Shown: positions 9,807 to 17,991 of the stretch, one piece after another
Numbering within the stretch: position 1 is the first letter of the stretch
Layout of the letters: every line of letters begins with the position of its first letter
DNA from: Solirubrobacterales bacterium
GTDB taxonomy: Bacteria; Actinomycetota; Thermoleophilia; Solirubrobacterales; Solirubrobacteraceae
NCBI GenBank assembly: GCA_038207985.1
Contig: JBBQZE010000001.1
Coordinates: 1 to 48,616 of the forward strand
Length of the DNA stretch: 48,616 nt
Reading direction: 5' to 3'
Notes under the pieces: model-generated
What the model was told of the DNA's origin: nothing
The model's database searches: none
What the model saw: the letters and a program-made list of their open reading frames with translations, nothing else
Translations under genes and position numbers: made by a program

Positions 9807-11051
9807 TCACACCACCGCGGCCACGTCCGACAGCGCCGACGCGACGGCTCCGACGAGCTCGTCGATCTCCTCGTCGGTGACCACGAGTGGCGGCGAGAAC
9901 GCGACGCAGTTGGCGTAGGGGACCGCCCGCCCGATCACGCCGTGGGACAGCAGCGCCTCGGCGAGGGCGGCGGCCACGAGCGGCGGCTCGAGGGCGACGG
10001 CCTGCATCAGGCCCTCGCCCCGGATCTCGCAGACGCCGGGGGCGTCCCGGAGGGCGTCGAGGCCTGTTCGCAGGCGCGCGCCCGCGCGCGCCGCACGACC
10101 CGGCAGGTCCTCCCGGGCCAGGATCGCGAGGTTGGCCAGGCCTGCCGCGCAGCACGTGGGGTGCCCGGCGTAGGTCGTGCCGTGCGCCAGCACGAAGGCC
10201 GGATCGGCCTCGAGCCGCTCCCGGACCGTTGGGCCGACGACGACCCCGCCCAGCGGGAGGTAGCCGCTCGTGACGCCCTTGGCGAAGGTCAGCAGGTCCG
10301 GCGTCACCCCGTAGTGGTGGGCGCCGAACCAGGAGCCCAAGCGCCCGAAGGCGGTGATGACCTCGTCGAGGATCAGCAGCGCCCCGGACGCGTCGCAGAG
10401 CTCGCGCAGTCCCGACAGGTAGCCCTCGGTCGGCGGGAACACGCCGCCCGCGCCGATGACGGGCTCGGCGATGATCGCGGCGATGCGACCCGGGCCGTGG
10501 TAGGCGACCGCGTCGCGCATCGCCTGCAGGGAGTCCCGGTCGACCTGGAGGACGTCGGGCAGCAGCGGGCCGAAGTCCTGGCGGTTGGCGGGCAGGCCTC
10601 CCGCGGAGATCCCGCCGAACATCACCCCGTGGTAGGCGAAGTGGCGACCGAGGATGACGGTGCGCCCGGCGTCGCCGGCCGCCCGGTGGGCGACGCGGGC
10701 GAGCTTGAGCGCGCTGTCCACGGCCTCCGAGCCGCCTTGGGCGAACAGCACGCGGCCACCCGGGACCGGCCCGAGGCCGAGGATGACCTCGGCGAGCTCC
10801 TCCTGCGGACGGTTCGTGAAGCGGCCGAACGTGTGGTAGGCCTCGAGCTGCGACATCTGCGCGCCGACGGCATCGGCGATCTCCGTACGCCCGTGGCCCG
10901 CGGCGCAGTACCACAGGGACGCCGTCCCGTCGAGGTAGTCGCGGCCGTCGGCCGCCCACACCCGTGATCCCTCGCCCCGGACGATCTCCAGGAAGTCGCC
11001 GGCCTCCCGGGCAGGTGCGGCGAAGGGGTGCAAGACCGAGGGGACGCCCAT
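9807..11051 (-). CDS. Class III PLP aminotransferase (omega-amine:pyruvate type)
   Basis: YLDGTASLW, GGSEAVDSALK, AEPVIGAGG, LILDEVITAFGRLG, FAKGVTSGYLPLG and HGTTYAGHP motifs. Confidence 0.93.
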   Translation of the reverse strand: MGVPSVLHPFAAPAREAGDFLEIVRGEGSRVWAADGRDYLDGTASLWYCAAGHGRTEIADAVGAQMSQLEAYHTFGRFTNRPQEELAEVILGLGPVPGGRVLFAQGGSEAVDSALKLARVAHRAAGDAGRTVILGRHFAYHGVMFGGISAGGLPANRQDFGPLLPDVLQVDRDSLQAMRDAVAYHGPGRIAAIIAEPVIGAGGVFPPTEGYLSGLRELCDASGALLILDEVITAFGRLGSWFGAHHYGVTPDLLTFAKGVTSGYLPLGGVVVGPTVRERLEADPAFVLAHGTTYAGHPTCCAAGLANLAILAREDLPGRAARAGARLRTGLDALRDAPGVCEIRGEGLMQAVALEPPLVAAALAEALLSHGVIGRAVPYANCVAFSPPLVVTDEEIDELVGAVASALSDVAAVV

Positions 11052-11052
11052 C

Positions 11053-11901
11053 TCAGGCTCCCGCCCGGCGCTCGGCCTCGTCCTCGGGCATGGCGAGCGC
11101 GACGTGCAGCGTCTGCGCGGAGACCGCCGGCGCGTCGCCGACGTCCTCCAGGACGCGTTCGGACTGGGTGACCGTGTTCTCCAGGCGCCCGATGCCCTCC
11201 ACCTCCACGACGACCACGTCCCCCGGCTCGACGGGCCGCGAGTTCGCGGGGGTCCCGGTGAGCAGGACGTCCCCGGGCTCCAACGTGATGAGCCGGGAGA
11301 GGTCGGCGATCTGGTAGGCGAAGGAGAACATGAGGTCGCGCCCGGTGTGCCCGTGCTGCACCTGCTCGCCGTTGACGAACGTCCGCAGCGTCAGGTCCTC
11401 AGGATCGACGTCGGCCGCGTCGACGAGGACGGGCCCGAGCGGGCAGAAGCCGTCCTGACCCTTGACGCGCAGCATCGAGCCGCGGTCGGCGTGACGGAAG
11501 TCGTGCACGCCCCAGTCGTCCGCCACGGTGTAGCCCCGGACGTACTCGAGCGCCTCGTCGACGGCGACGCCGTGGCAGCGGCGACCGATCACCACGGCGA
11601 CCTCGCCCTCGTAGTTGAGGAAGCGGCAGCCGTGCGGGCGCTCGACGGGCGCGAGATGGCCCGAGAGCGACGACGGCGGCTTGAGGAAGTACGACGGCGC
11701 CTGAGGAAGTCGCGCCATGGCGTACTCCTCGGCGCGCGAGCGGTAGGTCAGGTGGGTCGCGAGGATCTTCGAGGGCGTCACGGGCGCCAGCCAGCGCTCG
11801 ACCTCGCCGACCGGCACGGTGCGACCGTCGGCGCGAACCTCGTCGCCGACCAGCTCGCCGTCCACGGCGCTGCCGTCGAGCTCGATGCGAACGTGCTTCA
11901 C
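11053..11901 (-). CDS. Fumarylacetoacetate hydrolase family protein (HpaG/HpcE-like)
   Basis: PSYFLKPPSSL, YEGEVAVVIG, KGQDGFCPLGP and LEPGDVLLTGTPANSRP motifs; GTG start 11901. Confidence 0.9.
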   Translation of the reverse strand: MKHVRIELDGSAVDGELVGDEVRADGRTVPVGEVERWLAPVTPSKILATHLTYRSRAEEYAMARLPQAPSYFLKPPSSLSGHLAPVERPHGCRFLNYEGEVAVVIGRRCHGVAVDEALEYVRGYTVADDWGVHDFRHADRGSMLRVKGQDGFCPLGPVLVDAADVDPEDLTLRTFVNGEQVQHGHTGRDLMFSFAYQIADLSRLITLEPGDVLLTGTPANSRPVEPGDVVVVEVEGIGRLENTVTQSERVLEDVGDAPAVSAQTLHVALAMPEDEAERRAGA

Positions 11902-11902
11902 C

Positions 11903-12706
11903 TCAGCCCTCCTGACCCTGGTCGTGCTGCGCGACGACATCGACGCCGTCGACGGTGTAGCCGAACGAGAAGCGGTAGCCGCGCAGCATCTCGCGCGGCG
12001 CGATGGCTTGCAGATCCTCCAGGGTGTCGTCGAAGAAGCGCAGCTCCGGCGTTCCCTCCCAGACCTCGGTGGCGTCGCGGTCGTAGCCGCCGGCGCGCAC
12101 CAGCTCGAACACGTCGGGCGCCGACCCCCGGGCCGCCGGGAAGTGGCGGGTGTTGTGCATCGGCGGGTCGTTCACGATCGGGCCCGTCTCGGACACGTGC
12201 TCGAGCGTGACCGTCATCCGGGCCACCTGGCGATCGTTCGCCGCGCAGGTCGCGCCGAAGCGCGCGCCGGCCTCGATGCGAGGCGCCGCCCTGCCCGCGG
12301 CGAAGGTGCGAGTCATGTGGATGGAACCGAGCTTCTTGGGGAAGCCCTGGATCCACCCGCGGTACATCGCGAAGTCCTTGTCGACCCAGATGTAGACGCA
12401 GCGCGAGACGGGCCGGCCCTGGAACTTCGCCCCGACCACGATGAAGAACTCGTGGTACTGCGACTGGATCGGGTCGACGAGCTCGCGGCCGTCGGCCGAG
12501 CACGACTGCCAGTCCGCGAAGATCGCCGCCACGGCGCCCGGATCGTCGGCGGGCTCGAGCTCGGCCGGCAGAAGCGCGGCGACCGCTTCGGGGTCCGTGC
12601 GGTACTCCGCGATCAGGAAGTCGCCCGAGTAGTTCCACGGGGGTGGCGGCACGATGCTCGCTCGCCCGTCCGGCGAGAGCGGACCGGTGTAGCCGCGCGG
12701 GGTCAT
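11903..12706 (-). CDS. Acetoacetate decarboxylase-like superfamily protein (MppR/Sbi_00515-type)
   Basis: PPPPWNYSG, EAVAALLP, YIWVDKD and RGWIQGFPKKLG (Schiff-base Lys motif); ATGA overlap with the upstream gene. Confidence 0.85.
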   Translation of the reverse strand: MTPRGYTGPLSPDGRASIVPPPPWNYSGDFLIAEYRTDPEAVAALLPAELEPADDPGAVAAIFADWQSCSADGRELVDPIQSQYHEFFIVVGAKFQGRPVSRCVYIWVDKDFAMYRGWIQGFPKKLGSIHMTRTFAAGRAAPRIEAGARFGATCAANDRQVARMTVTLEHVSETGPIVNDPPMHNTRHFPAARGSAPDVFELVRAGGYDRDATEVWEGTPELRFFDDTLEDLQAIAPREMLRGYRFSFGYTVDGVDVVAQHDQGQEG

Positions 12707-13449
12707 GCGGCCACCGTCGCCCGCTGCCGGGCCTCGGCCACGAGCGCGGCGAACAGGCCGCGCTGGGCGGGCTCGCCCATCTTCTCGGGGTGCCACTGGA
12801 CGCCGAGGGCCGCCCAGCCGTCGTGGGGCTCGACCGCTTCGATGACCCCCCCGGCCGCGGTGGCGGTCACCTCGAGGTCGCCGGGGTCGCTGATGACGTG
12901 GTGGTGGATGGTGTTGACCTCCAGGGAGTCGGCGCCCAGCGCCGAGCGCAGGCGTGAACCGGGGACCACGGACACAGTGTGACGGGCGGCCAGGATCTCC
13001 GGACCCGTCATGCCGTCGAGGTCGTGATGGCCGGCCGCCTTGGGCAGCTGCTGTCCCAGCCGGCCGCCGTGGGCCACGGCGAGGAGCTGCGCCCCGCGGC
13101 AGATGGCGAGCGTGGGCAGGCCCCGGACGCGCGCGCCACGCAGCAGCTCGAGCTCCCAGGCGTCGGCGGCGGCCTCGGCGTCACGCACGTCGAGGGGAGG
13201 ATCGCCGTAGCTCGCCGGGTCGACGTCCCCACCCCCGGAGACGACCAGCCCGTCGGCGAGGTCGAGCAGCTCGGCAGCCATGTCCGAGGCGCCTCCCGGT
13301 GGGCGCGAGACGATCAGCGGCAGGCCGCCGGCCTCGGTGACGCGGCCCGCGTAGGCCGGGTCCAGTGCGTCGAGCACCGTGTCGTCCCCGAGGTAGGTCG
13401 TGACGGCTCGCCGCCACGGCGTGATGAGGATGCGCGGACGGGCGGACAC
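12703..13449 (-). CDS. Gamma-glutamyl-gamma-aminobutyrate hydrolase family (PuuD-like, peptidase C26)
   Basis: DGLVVSGGGDVDPASYG, AICRGAQLLAVAHGG, VNTIHHH and GVQWHPE motifs. Confidence 0.9.
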   Translation of the reverse strand: MSARPRILITPWRRAVTTYLGDDTVLDALDPAYAGRVTEAGGLPLIVSRPPGGASDMAAELLDLADGLVVSGGGDVDPASYGDPPLDVRDAEAAADAWELELLRGARVRGLPTLAICRGAQLLAVAHGGRLGQQLPKAAGHHDLDGMTGPEILAARHTVSVVPGSRLRSALGADSLEVNTIHHHVISDPGDLEVTATAAGGVIEAVEPHDGWAALGVQWHPEKMGEPAQRGLFAALVAEARQRATVAA

Positions 13450-13457
13450 CCTCAGAA

Positions 13458-13472
13458 TGAATACATTATGTG
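13458..13472 (-). promoter_or_regulatory. Candidate GntR operator copy 3 (CACATAATGTATTCA on the minus strand)
   Basis: AT-rich motif in the short gap between the ALDH and PuuD-like genes, matching the other copies. Confidence 0.55.
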
Positions 13473-13504
13473 CCCGTCTGGCGCAACCGGCGCTCTCCGA
13501 CCGG

Positions 13505-14965
13505 TCAGGTGAACAGCGACGTCCGCTCGCACACCGTCTTGACGTCGCAGTAGAAGTCGAACGAGTGGCGCCCTCCCTCGCGGCCGATCCCCGAGTCGCC
13601 CGAGCCGCCGAACGGCGTCTCGAGGTCGCGGACGTAGAAGCAGTTGACCCACACGGTCCCGGCCGACAACGCCGCCGTCACCCGCTCCGAGCGCGCCTTC
13701 GACCCGGTGTACACCGTCGCCGCCAGCCCGAACTCGGTGCCGTTGGCCAGCGCGACGGCCTGCGCCTCGTCCGCGAAGCCCTGCACCGTCAGCACGGGGC
13801 CGAAGACCTCGGTGTGCAGGATGTCGGCGCCCTCCGGGACATCGGTGAACACGGTCGGCGCGTAGTACAGGCCGCCGAGCGATTCGCCGCCGAACGCCAG
13901 GCGCGCTCCCTGCTCGCGAGCGCGGGCGACGTGCCCCGTGACCCGCTCGAGTGCGACGGGATGGATCAGCGGGCCGTAGGTGGTGTCCGCCGCCCGCGGG
14001 TCACCCACCTTGATCCGGGCGGCCGCGGCCTGCAGCCGCTCTTCGAACTCGGCCCGGATCGTGTCCTGCACCAGCAGTCGCGTCCCCGCCAGGCAGACCT
14101 GCCCGGAGTTGTCGAACTGGTAGGCGGCCGTGGCGACGGCGGCGTCGAGGTCGGCGTCCTCGAAGACGACGAACGGCGACTTGCCGCCGAGCTCGAAGGA
14201 GACGGGGGTGAGTTGCGCCGCGGCGTCGCGGTAGACGACCCGGGCGGTCTGCGGCGAGCCGGTGAAGGCGACCCGGGAGACGTCGGGATGACCGGTCAGC
14301 GGCGCTCCGGCCTCCGTCCCCAGCCCGTGGACGACGTTCAGCACGCCGGGCGGCACGCCCGCCGCGTCCGCGAGGTCGCCGAGCATCGAGCACGTCAGCG
14401 GCGCCCACTCCGGCGGCTTGAGGACGACGGTGTTGCCCGCGGCAAGGGCCGGGCCGACGCGCCACGTGGCCAGCATGAACGGCGCGTTCCACGGCGTGGA
14501 GACCGCCGTCACCCCCGCCGGGTCGTAGCGGACGCGGTTGCGCTCGCCGCCGTGCAGCGTGCGGTCGGCGACATCCAGGCGCTCGACGGCGTAGTCGGCG
14601 AAGAAGCGGATGTTGTTCGCGGCTCGAGGCAGCACGCGCAGGGCCATCGCCTCGTGCAGGGAGCCGTTGTCGAGGGTCTCGACCGCCGCGAGCTCGGGGA
14701 CGGCAGCTTCGATGGCGTCCGCGAGGCGCCCGAGGACCTGCTGACGGCCCGCGGGGCCGAGCGCTGCCCAGGCCGGGAAGGCGCGCCGCGCCGCGGCCAC
14801 AGCGGCGTCGACCTCCGCCTTGCCGCCGCGAGCGACGTCGGCGAGCTTGAGCCGCTCCCAGTCGATCGGCGAGCGCACCTCGAAGGTGTCCTGCGAACGC
14901 ACGCGGCGCCCGTCGATGTAGTGCTCGGTCGGAACGCTCACCCCGGCCACGTCGACCCGGCTCAC
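13505..14965 (-). CDS. Aldehyde dehydrogenase, 2-hydroxymuconic semialdehyde / CHMS dehydrogenase-like
   Basis: NIRFFAD, PWNAPFMLATW, FTGS, ELGGKSP, NSGQVCLAG and VRDLETPFGG..SGIGREGG motifs; GGAGG RBS before GTG 14965. Confidence 0.9.
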   Translation of the reverse strand: MSRVDVAGVSVPTEHYIDGRRVRSQDTFEVRSPIDWERLKLADVARGGKAEVDAAVAAARRAFPAWAALGPAGRQQVLGRLADAIEAAVPELAAVETLDNGSLHEAMALRVLPRAANNIRFFADYAVERLDVADRTLHGGERNRVRYDPAGVTAVSTPWNAPFMLATWRVGPALAAGNTVVLKPPEWAPLTCSMLGDLADAAGVPPGVLNVVHGLGTEAGAPLTGHPDVSRVAFTGSPQTARVVYRDAAAQLTPVSFELGGKSPFVVFEDADLDAAVATAAYQFDNSGQVCLAGTRLLVQDTIRAEFEERLQAAAARIKVGDPRAADTTYGPLIHPVALERVTGHVARAREQGARLAFGGESLGGLYYAPTVFTDVPEGADILHTEVFGPVLTVQGFADEAQAVALANGTEFGLAATVYTGSKARSERVTAALSAGTVWVNCFYVRDLETPFGGSGDSGIGREGGRHSFDFYCDVKTVCERTSLFT

Positions 14966-15051
14966 GCGGCACCTCCGGCCGGACGACGGGCGTGACGAAC
15001 GGGCGGCGGCTGGAGCATCGGCCCGGGGGACGTTAGGTTTCCGACGAGCTC

Positions 15052-15720
15052 GTGTCAAAGCCCGGCCTCCTCCTCCAGCACGGTCTCCACGGGCCCTCCG
15101 GCCTGCTCGGAGACTTCCTCGCCGAGCGCGGCATCGCCCACCGCATCGTCCGGGTGTGGGAGGAGCCGATCGGCGACCTGGCCGAGGCGCAGTTCGTGGT
15201 CTCGCTCGGCTCGGAACACTCCGCGGGTGGCAGCACGCCGGCCTGGGTGCCGGCCGAGGTCGAAGCGCTCCGCGGGGCGGTGGCAGCAGAGGTGCCCGTG
15301 CTCGGGCTGTGCTTCGGAGGTCAGGCTCTGGCCCTCGCGCTCGGCGGTGGCGTGCACCGCATGGAGCAGCCCGAGATCGGCTGGATCGCCGTCAGCAGCG
15401 ACGACCCCGACGTCCCGTCCGGCCCCTGGGCGCAGTACCACTACGAGCTGCTCGAGGTCCCGCCGGGAGCGCAAGAACTCGCGCGCAGTCCCGTCGGGCC
15501 CGCGGCCTTCCGGCACGGGCCGCACCTCGGACTGCAGTTCCACCCCGAAGTCGACCCGGCGCAGATGGACGCCTGGCTCGGGATGGACCCCGGACTGCCC
15601 GCGACCTTCGACCGCGATGCGGCTCGGCGGGAGGGCGGGCGCTGGGGAGCCGACGCGGCCGAGCGGGCGCAGCGCCTGTTCGGCGCCTGGTTCGCCCGGC
15701 TGCCGACCCCTCCGCGCTAG
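15052..15720 (+). CDS. Type 1 glutamine amidotransferase-like protein (possible gamma-glutamylamide hydrolase)
   Basis: PVLGLCFGGQALA, EIGW and GLQFHPE provide the Cys-His-Glu triad. Confidence 0.88.
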   Translation: MSKPGLLLQHGLHGPSGLLGDFLAERGIAHRIVRVWEEPIGDLAEAQFVVSLGSEHSAGGSTPAWVPAEVEALRGAVAAEVPVLGLCFGGQALALALGGGVHRMEQPEIGWIAVSSDDPDVPSGPWAQYHYELLEVPPGAQELARSPVGPAAFRHGPHLGLQFHPEVDPAQMDAWLGMDPGLPATFDRDAARREGGRWGADAAERAQRLFGAWFARLPTPPR

Positions 15721-16655
15721 AGCGTCGCCACGCGGGCGACGAGCTCGCGACAGACGCGCCCGACGTCGCGCGGGTCGTCCGTGAACATCGAGGGCTTGAA
15801 GCAGATGGTGCGAAAGCCCCGCTCCAGCTGGGCCGGGATCGCGTCCGCCGCCTCGGCCAGGTCGGCGACGCCCTCGGTGTCCGGGAAGCGGCCGCGGATG
15901 CCGCCGACCAGCTCCAGCTCGCCCGGGTTGCGCCCGGCGGCGCTCAGCGCCTCACGCAGGGCGCGCAGCTCCTCGTCGGTGGGCGTCCCGAAGGGGTGGA
16001 AGCCGTGGCCGCGCTCGACCAGCCGGCGGACGATGTACGGCCCCATGGTCATCCCGCCGAACCACAGCCGCGGACCCTCCGGGCGGTAGGGCTTGGGCTC
16101 GAGCCACACGTCCGAGAACGGGTAGTGCGGCCCCGCGAAGCTCGCGGGCGATCGCGTCCAGGCGGCCTTCCAGACCGCGAGGTGCTCGTCGAGCAGCGCG
16201 CCGCGGTCCTCGAAGCGGACCCCGAGCGCGGCGTACTCCTCGCGGTGCCAGGACACGGTGGGCTGCACGACCAGGCGTCCCTCGCTCAGCAGGTCCAGCG
16301 TGGCGAGCTGATGGGCGAGCAGCAACGGGTGGCGCAGCGGGGCGATGATCGCCGCGCCGATCAAGCGCAGCCGCGTCGTAACCGCGGCGATGGCGCTCAT
16401 GAGCACGATCGAATCGGGCCACGGCGTCGCGGGGTCCTGGTTGCCCGGCGCGGCGTAGTCGCGCGGGTTGGCCATCACGCCCTGCGCCCCGGAACCCGCG
16501 CCGAGGACGATGTGCTCCGACAGCATCACGCCGTCGATCCCCGCGTCCTCGGCCTCCTGCGCGATGCGCACGAGGCCGCGGAGGTCGCGGGGCGAGGTCA
16601 TGGTCCAGTTCTCCGACCCCACCAGGACCAGGCGCGGCGGCCCGGCGCCCGTCAC
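15717..16655 (-). CDS. LLM-class (luciferase-like, probably F420-dependent) oxidoreductase
   Basis: AEDAGIDGVMLSEH, AAVTTRLRL, PLRHPLLLAHQLATLDLLSEGRL and EEYAALGV motifs; GTGA overlap with the P450 stop. Confidence 0.88.
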   Translation of the reverse strand: MTGAGPPRLVLVGSENWTMTSPRDLRGLVRIAQEAEDAGIDGVMLSEHIVLGAGSGAQGVMANPRDYAAPGNQDPATPWPDSIVLMSAIAAVTTRLRLIGAAIIAPLRHPLLLAHQLATLDLLSEGRLVVQPTVSWHREEYAALGVRFEDRGALLDEHLAVWKAAWTRSPASFAGPHYPFSDVWLEPKPYRPEGPRLWFGGMTMGPYIVRRLVERGHGFHPFGTPTDEELRALREALSAAGRNPGELELVGGIRGRFPDTEGVADLAEAADAIPAQLERGFRTICFKPSMFTDDPRDVGRVCRELVARVATL

Positions 16656-17911
16656 GCCAGAACCATCCGCACGGGCAGGCGCTTGAGCCCGTTGGTGAAG
16701 TTGGAGCGCTGGCGGACCGGCTCGCCGGCCAGCTCGATCCGCGCAACGCGCTCGACGAGCTCCTCCAGGTAGACGCGCAGCTCGAGCTTCGCGAGGTGCA
16801 CCCCGAGGCAGTGGTGCGGGCCGCCGCGACCGAAGGTCAGGTGGTCGCGAGCGTCGCGGCCGACGTCGAGGCGGTGCGGCTCGGCGTACTTTTCCGGGTC
16901 GCGGTTGGCGGCCGAGAACCAAACGACGACCTTGTCGCCCGCGGCGATCTCCTGGCCGCGCAGCGTCACGTCGCACGTGGCGGTTCGGCGGAAGAACCAC
17001 ACGGGGGCGGAGTGGCGGAGCACCTCGTCGACGGCCGAGCCGATCAGGCTGCGGTCGGCGCGCAGGCGCGCGTACTCCTCCGGGTGCTGCGCGAAGGCGA
17101 GCGTCCCGAGCGAGATGGCCTGACGGGTCGTCTCGTTGCCCGCCACGATCATCAGGGCGAACATGTTGTCGAGGTCGCGAGCGGACAGGGGCTGCCCGTC
17201 GATCTCCGCCACGGCGATCTTCGTCAGCACGTCGTCGCGCGGGCACTCGCGCCGCTCGGCGTAGTGCGCGCGGCCGATCGCGCACAGCTCGTCGGCCCAC
17301 GGGGAGCCGAACGGCTTGTAGCGGTGCTCGGCGAGCTCACCCGAGAAGGCGTGATCACCCACGTACTCGGGATCGGTGTCCACGAGTAGGCGGTCGCCGA
17401 GGCGCACGAGCTGCGGCAGCTCTTCGTCGGGGACACCCAGGACCCGTCCGAGGACCCGGATCGGGATCGGCGCGGCGAGCTCGTGCACGAGGTCGAACTC
17501 GCCTTCGGGAAGCACGCGATCGAGGAGCTCGCAGACCATCGCCCGCAGCCACTCCTCGTACTTGTTGACCGCCCCCGGCGTGAACTGCGTGGAGATCAGC
17601 CGCCGGTAGCGGCCGTGCTTCGGCGGGTCGAACTCGAGGAAGTTGCGTCGCGCCTCCAGGACATCCTCGGGGAGATCCTCGATCATCGCCGCACCGCCGA
17701 CCTCCGAGGAGAACGTCTTCGTGTCACGCAGCACGGCCTGGACGTCGTCGTACTTCGTCAGGGTCCAGAAGCCGCGACCGCCCGGCTCGGGGTGGAGGTA
17801 GACCGGCGCCTCGCGCTGGAGCAGATCGAAGACCTCCCAGGGCTCGTGATCGGCGAAGAGGTCCTGGTCGAGCAGGTCGACCCCCTGCAGTCCACCCAGG
17901 CTGGCACTCAT
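16652..17911 (-). CDS. Cytochrome P450 (CYP124/125-like)
   Basis: DPPKHGRYRR, I-helix AGNETT, EVLR (ExxR) and heme motif FGRGGPHHCLG; TAGGCT 7 nt before ATG 17911. Confidence 0.95.
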   Translation of the reverse strand: MSASLGGLQGVDLLDQDLFADHEPWEVFDLLQREAPVYLHPEPGGRGFWTLTKYDDVQAVLRDTKTFSSEVGGAAMIEDLPEDVLEARRNFLEFDPPKHGRYRRLISTQFTPGAVNKYEEWLRAMVCELLDRVLPEGEFDLVHELAAPIPIRVLGRVLGVPDEELPQLVRLGDRLLVDTDPEYVGDHAFSGELAEHRYKPFGSPWADELCAIGRAHYAERRECPRDDVLTKIAVAEIDGQPLSARDLDNMFALMIVAGNETTRQAISLGTLAFAQHPEEYARLRADRSLIGSAVDEVLRHSAPVWFFRRTATCDVTLRGQEIAAGDKVVVWFSAANRDPEKYAEPHRLDVGRDARDHLTFGRGGPHHCLGVHLAKLELRVYLEELVERVARIELAGEPVRQRSNFTNGLKRLPVRMVLA

Positions 17912-17932
17912 GGCGCCGAGCCTACCAGCGGT

Positions 17933-17947
17933 TGGACAATGTATCCA
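17933..17947 (+). promoter_or_regulatory. Candidate GntR operator copy 4 (TGGACAATGTATCCA) between the divergent P450 and decarboxylase genes
   Basis: TGGA-N7-TCCA palindrome matching the cluster motif. Confidence 0.65.
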
Positions 17948-17991
17948 CAACATGGTCCGGCTGGTATTCGGGTGGGTACACGCGGACGGCC

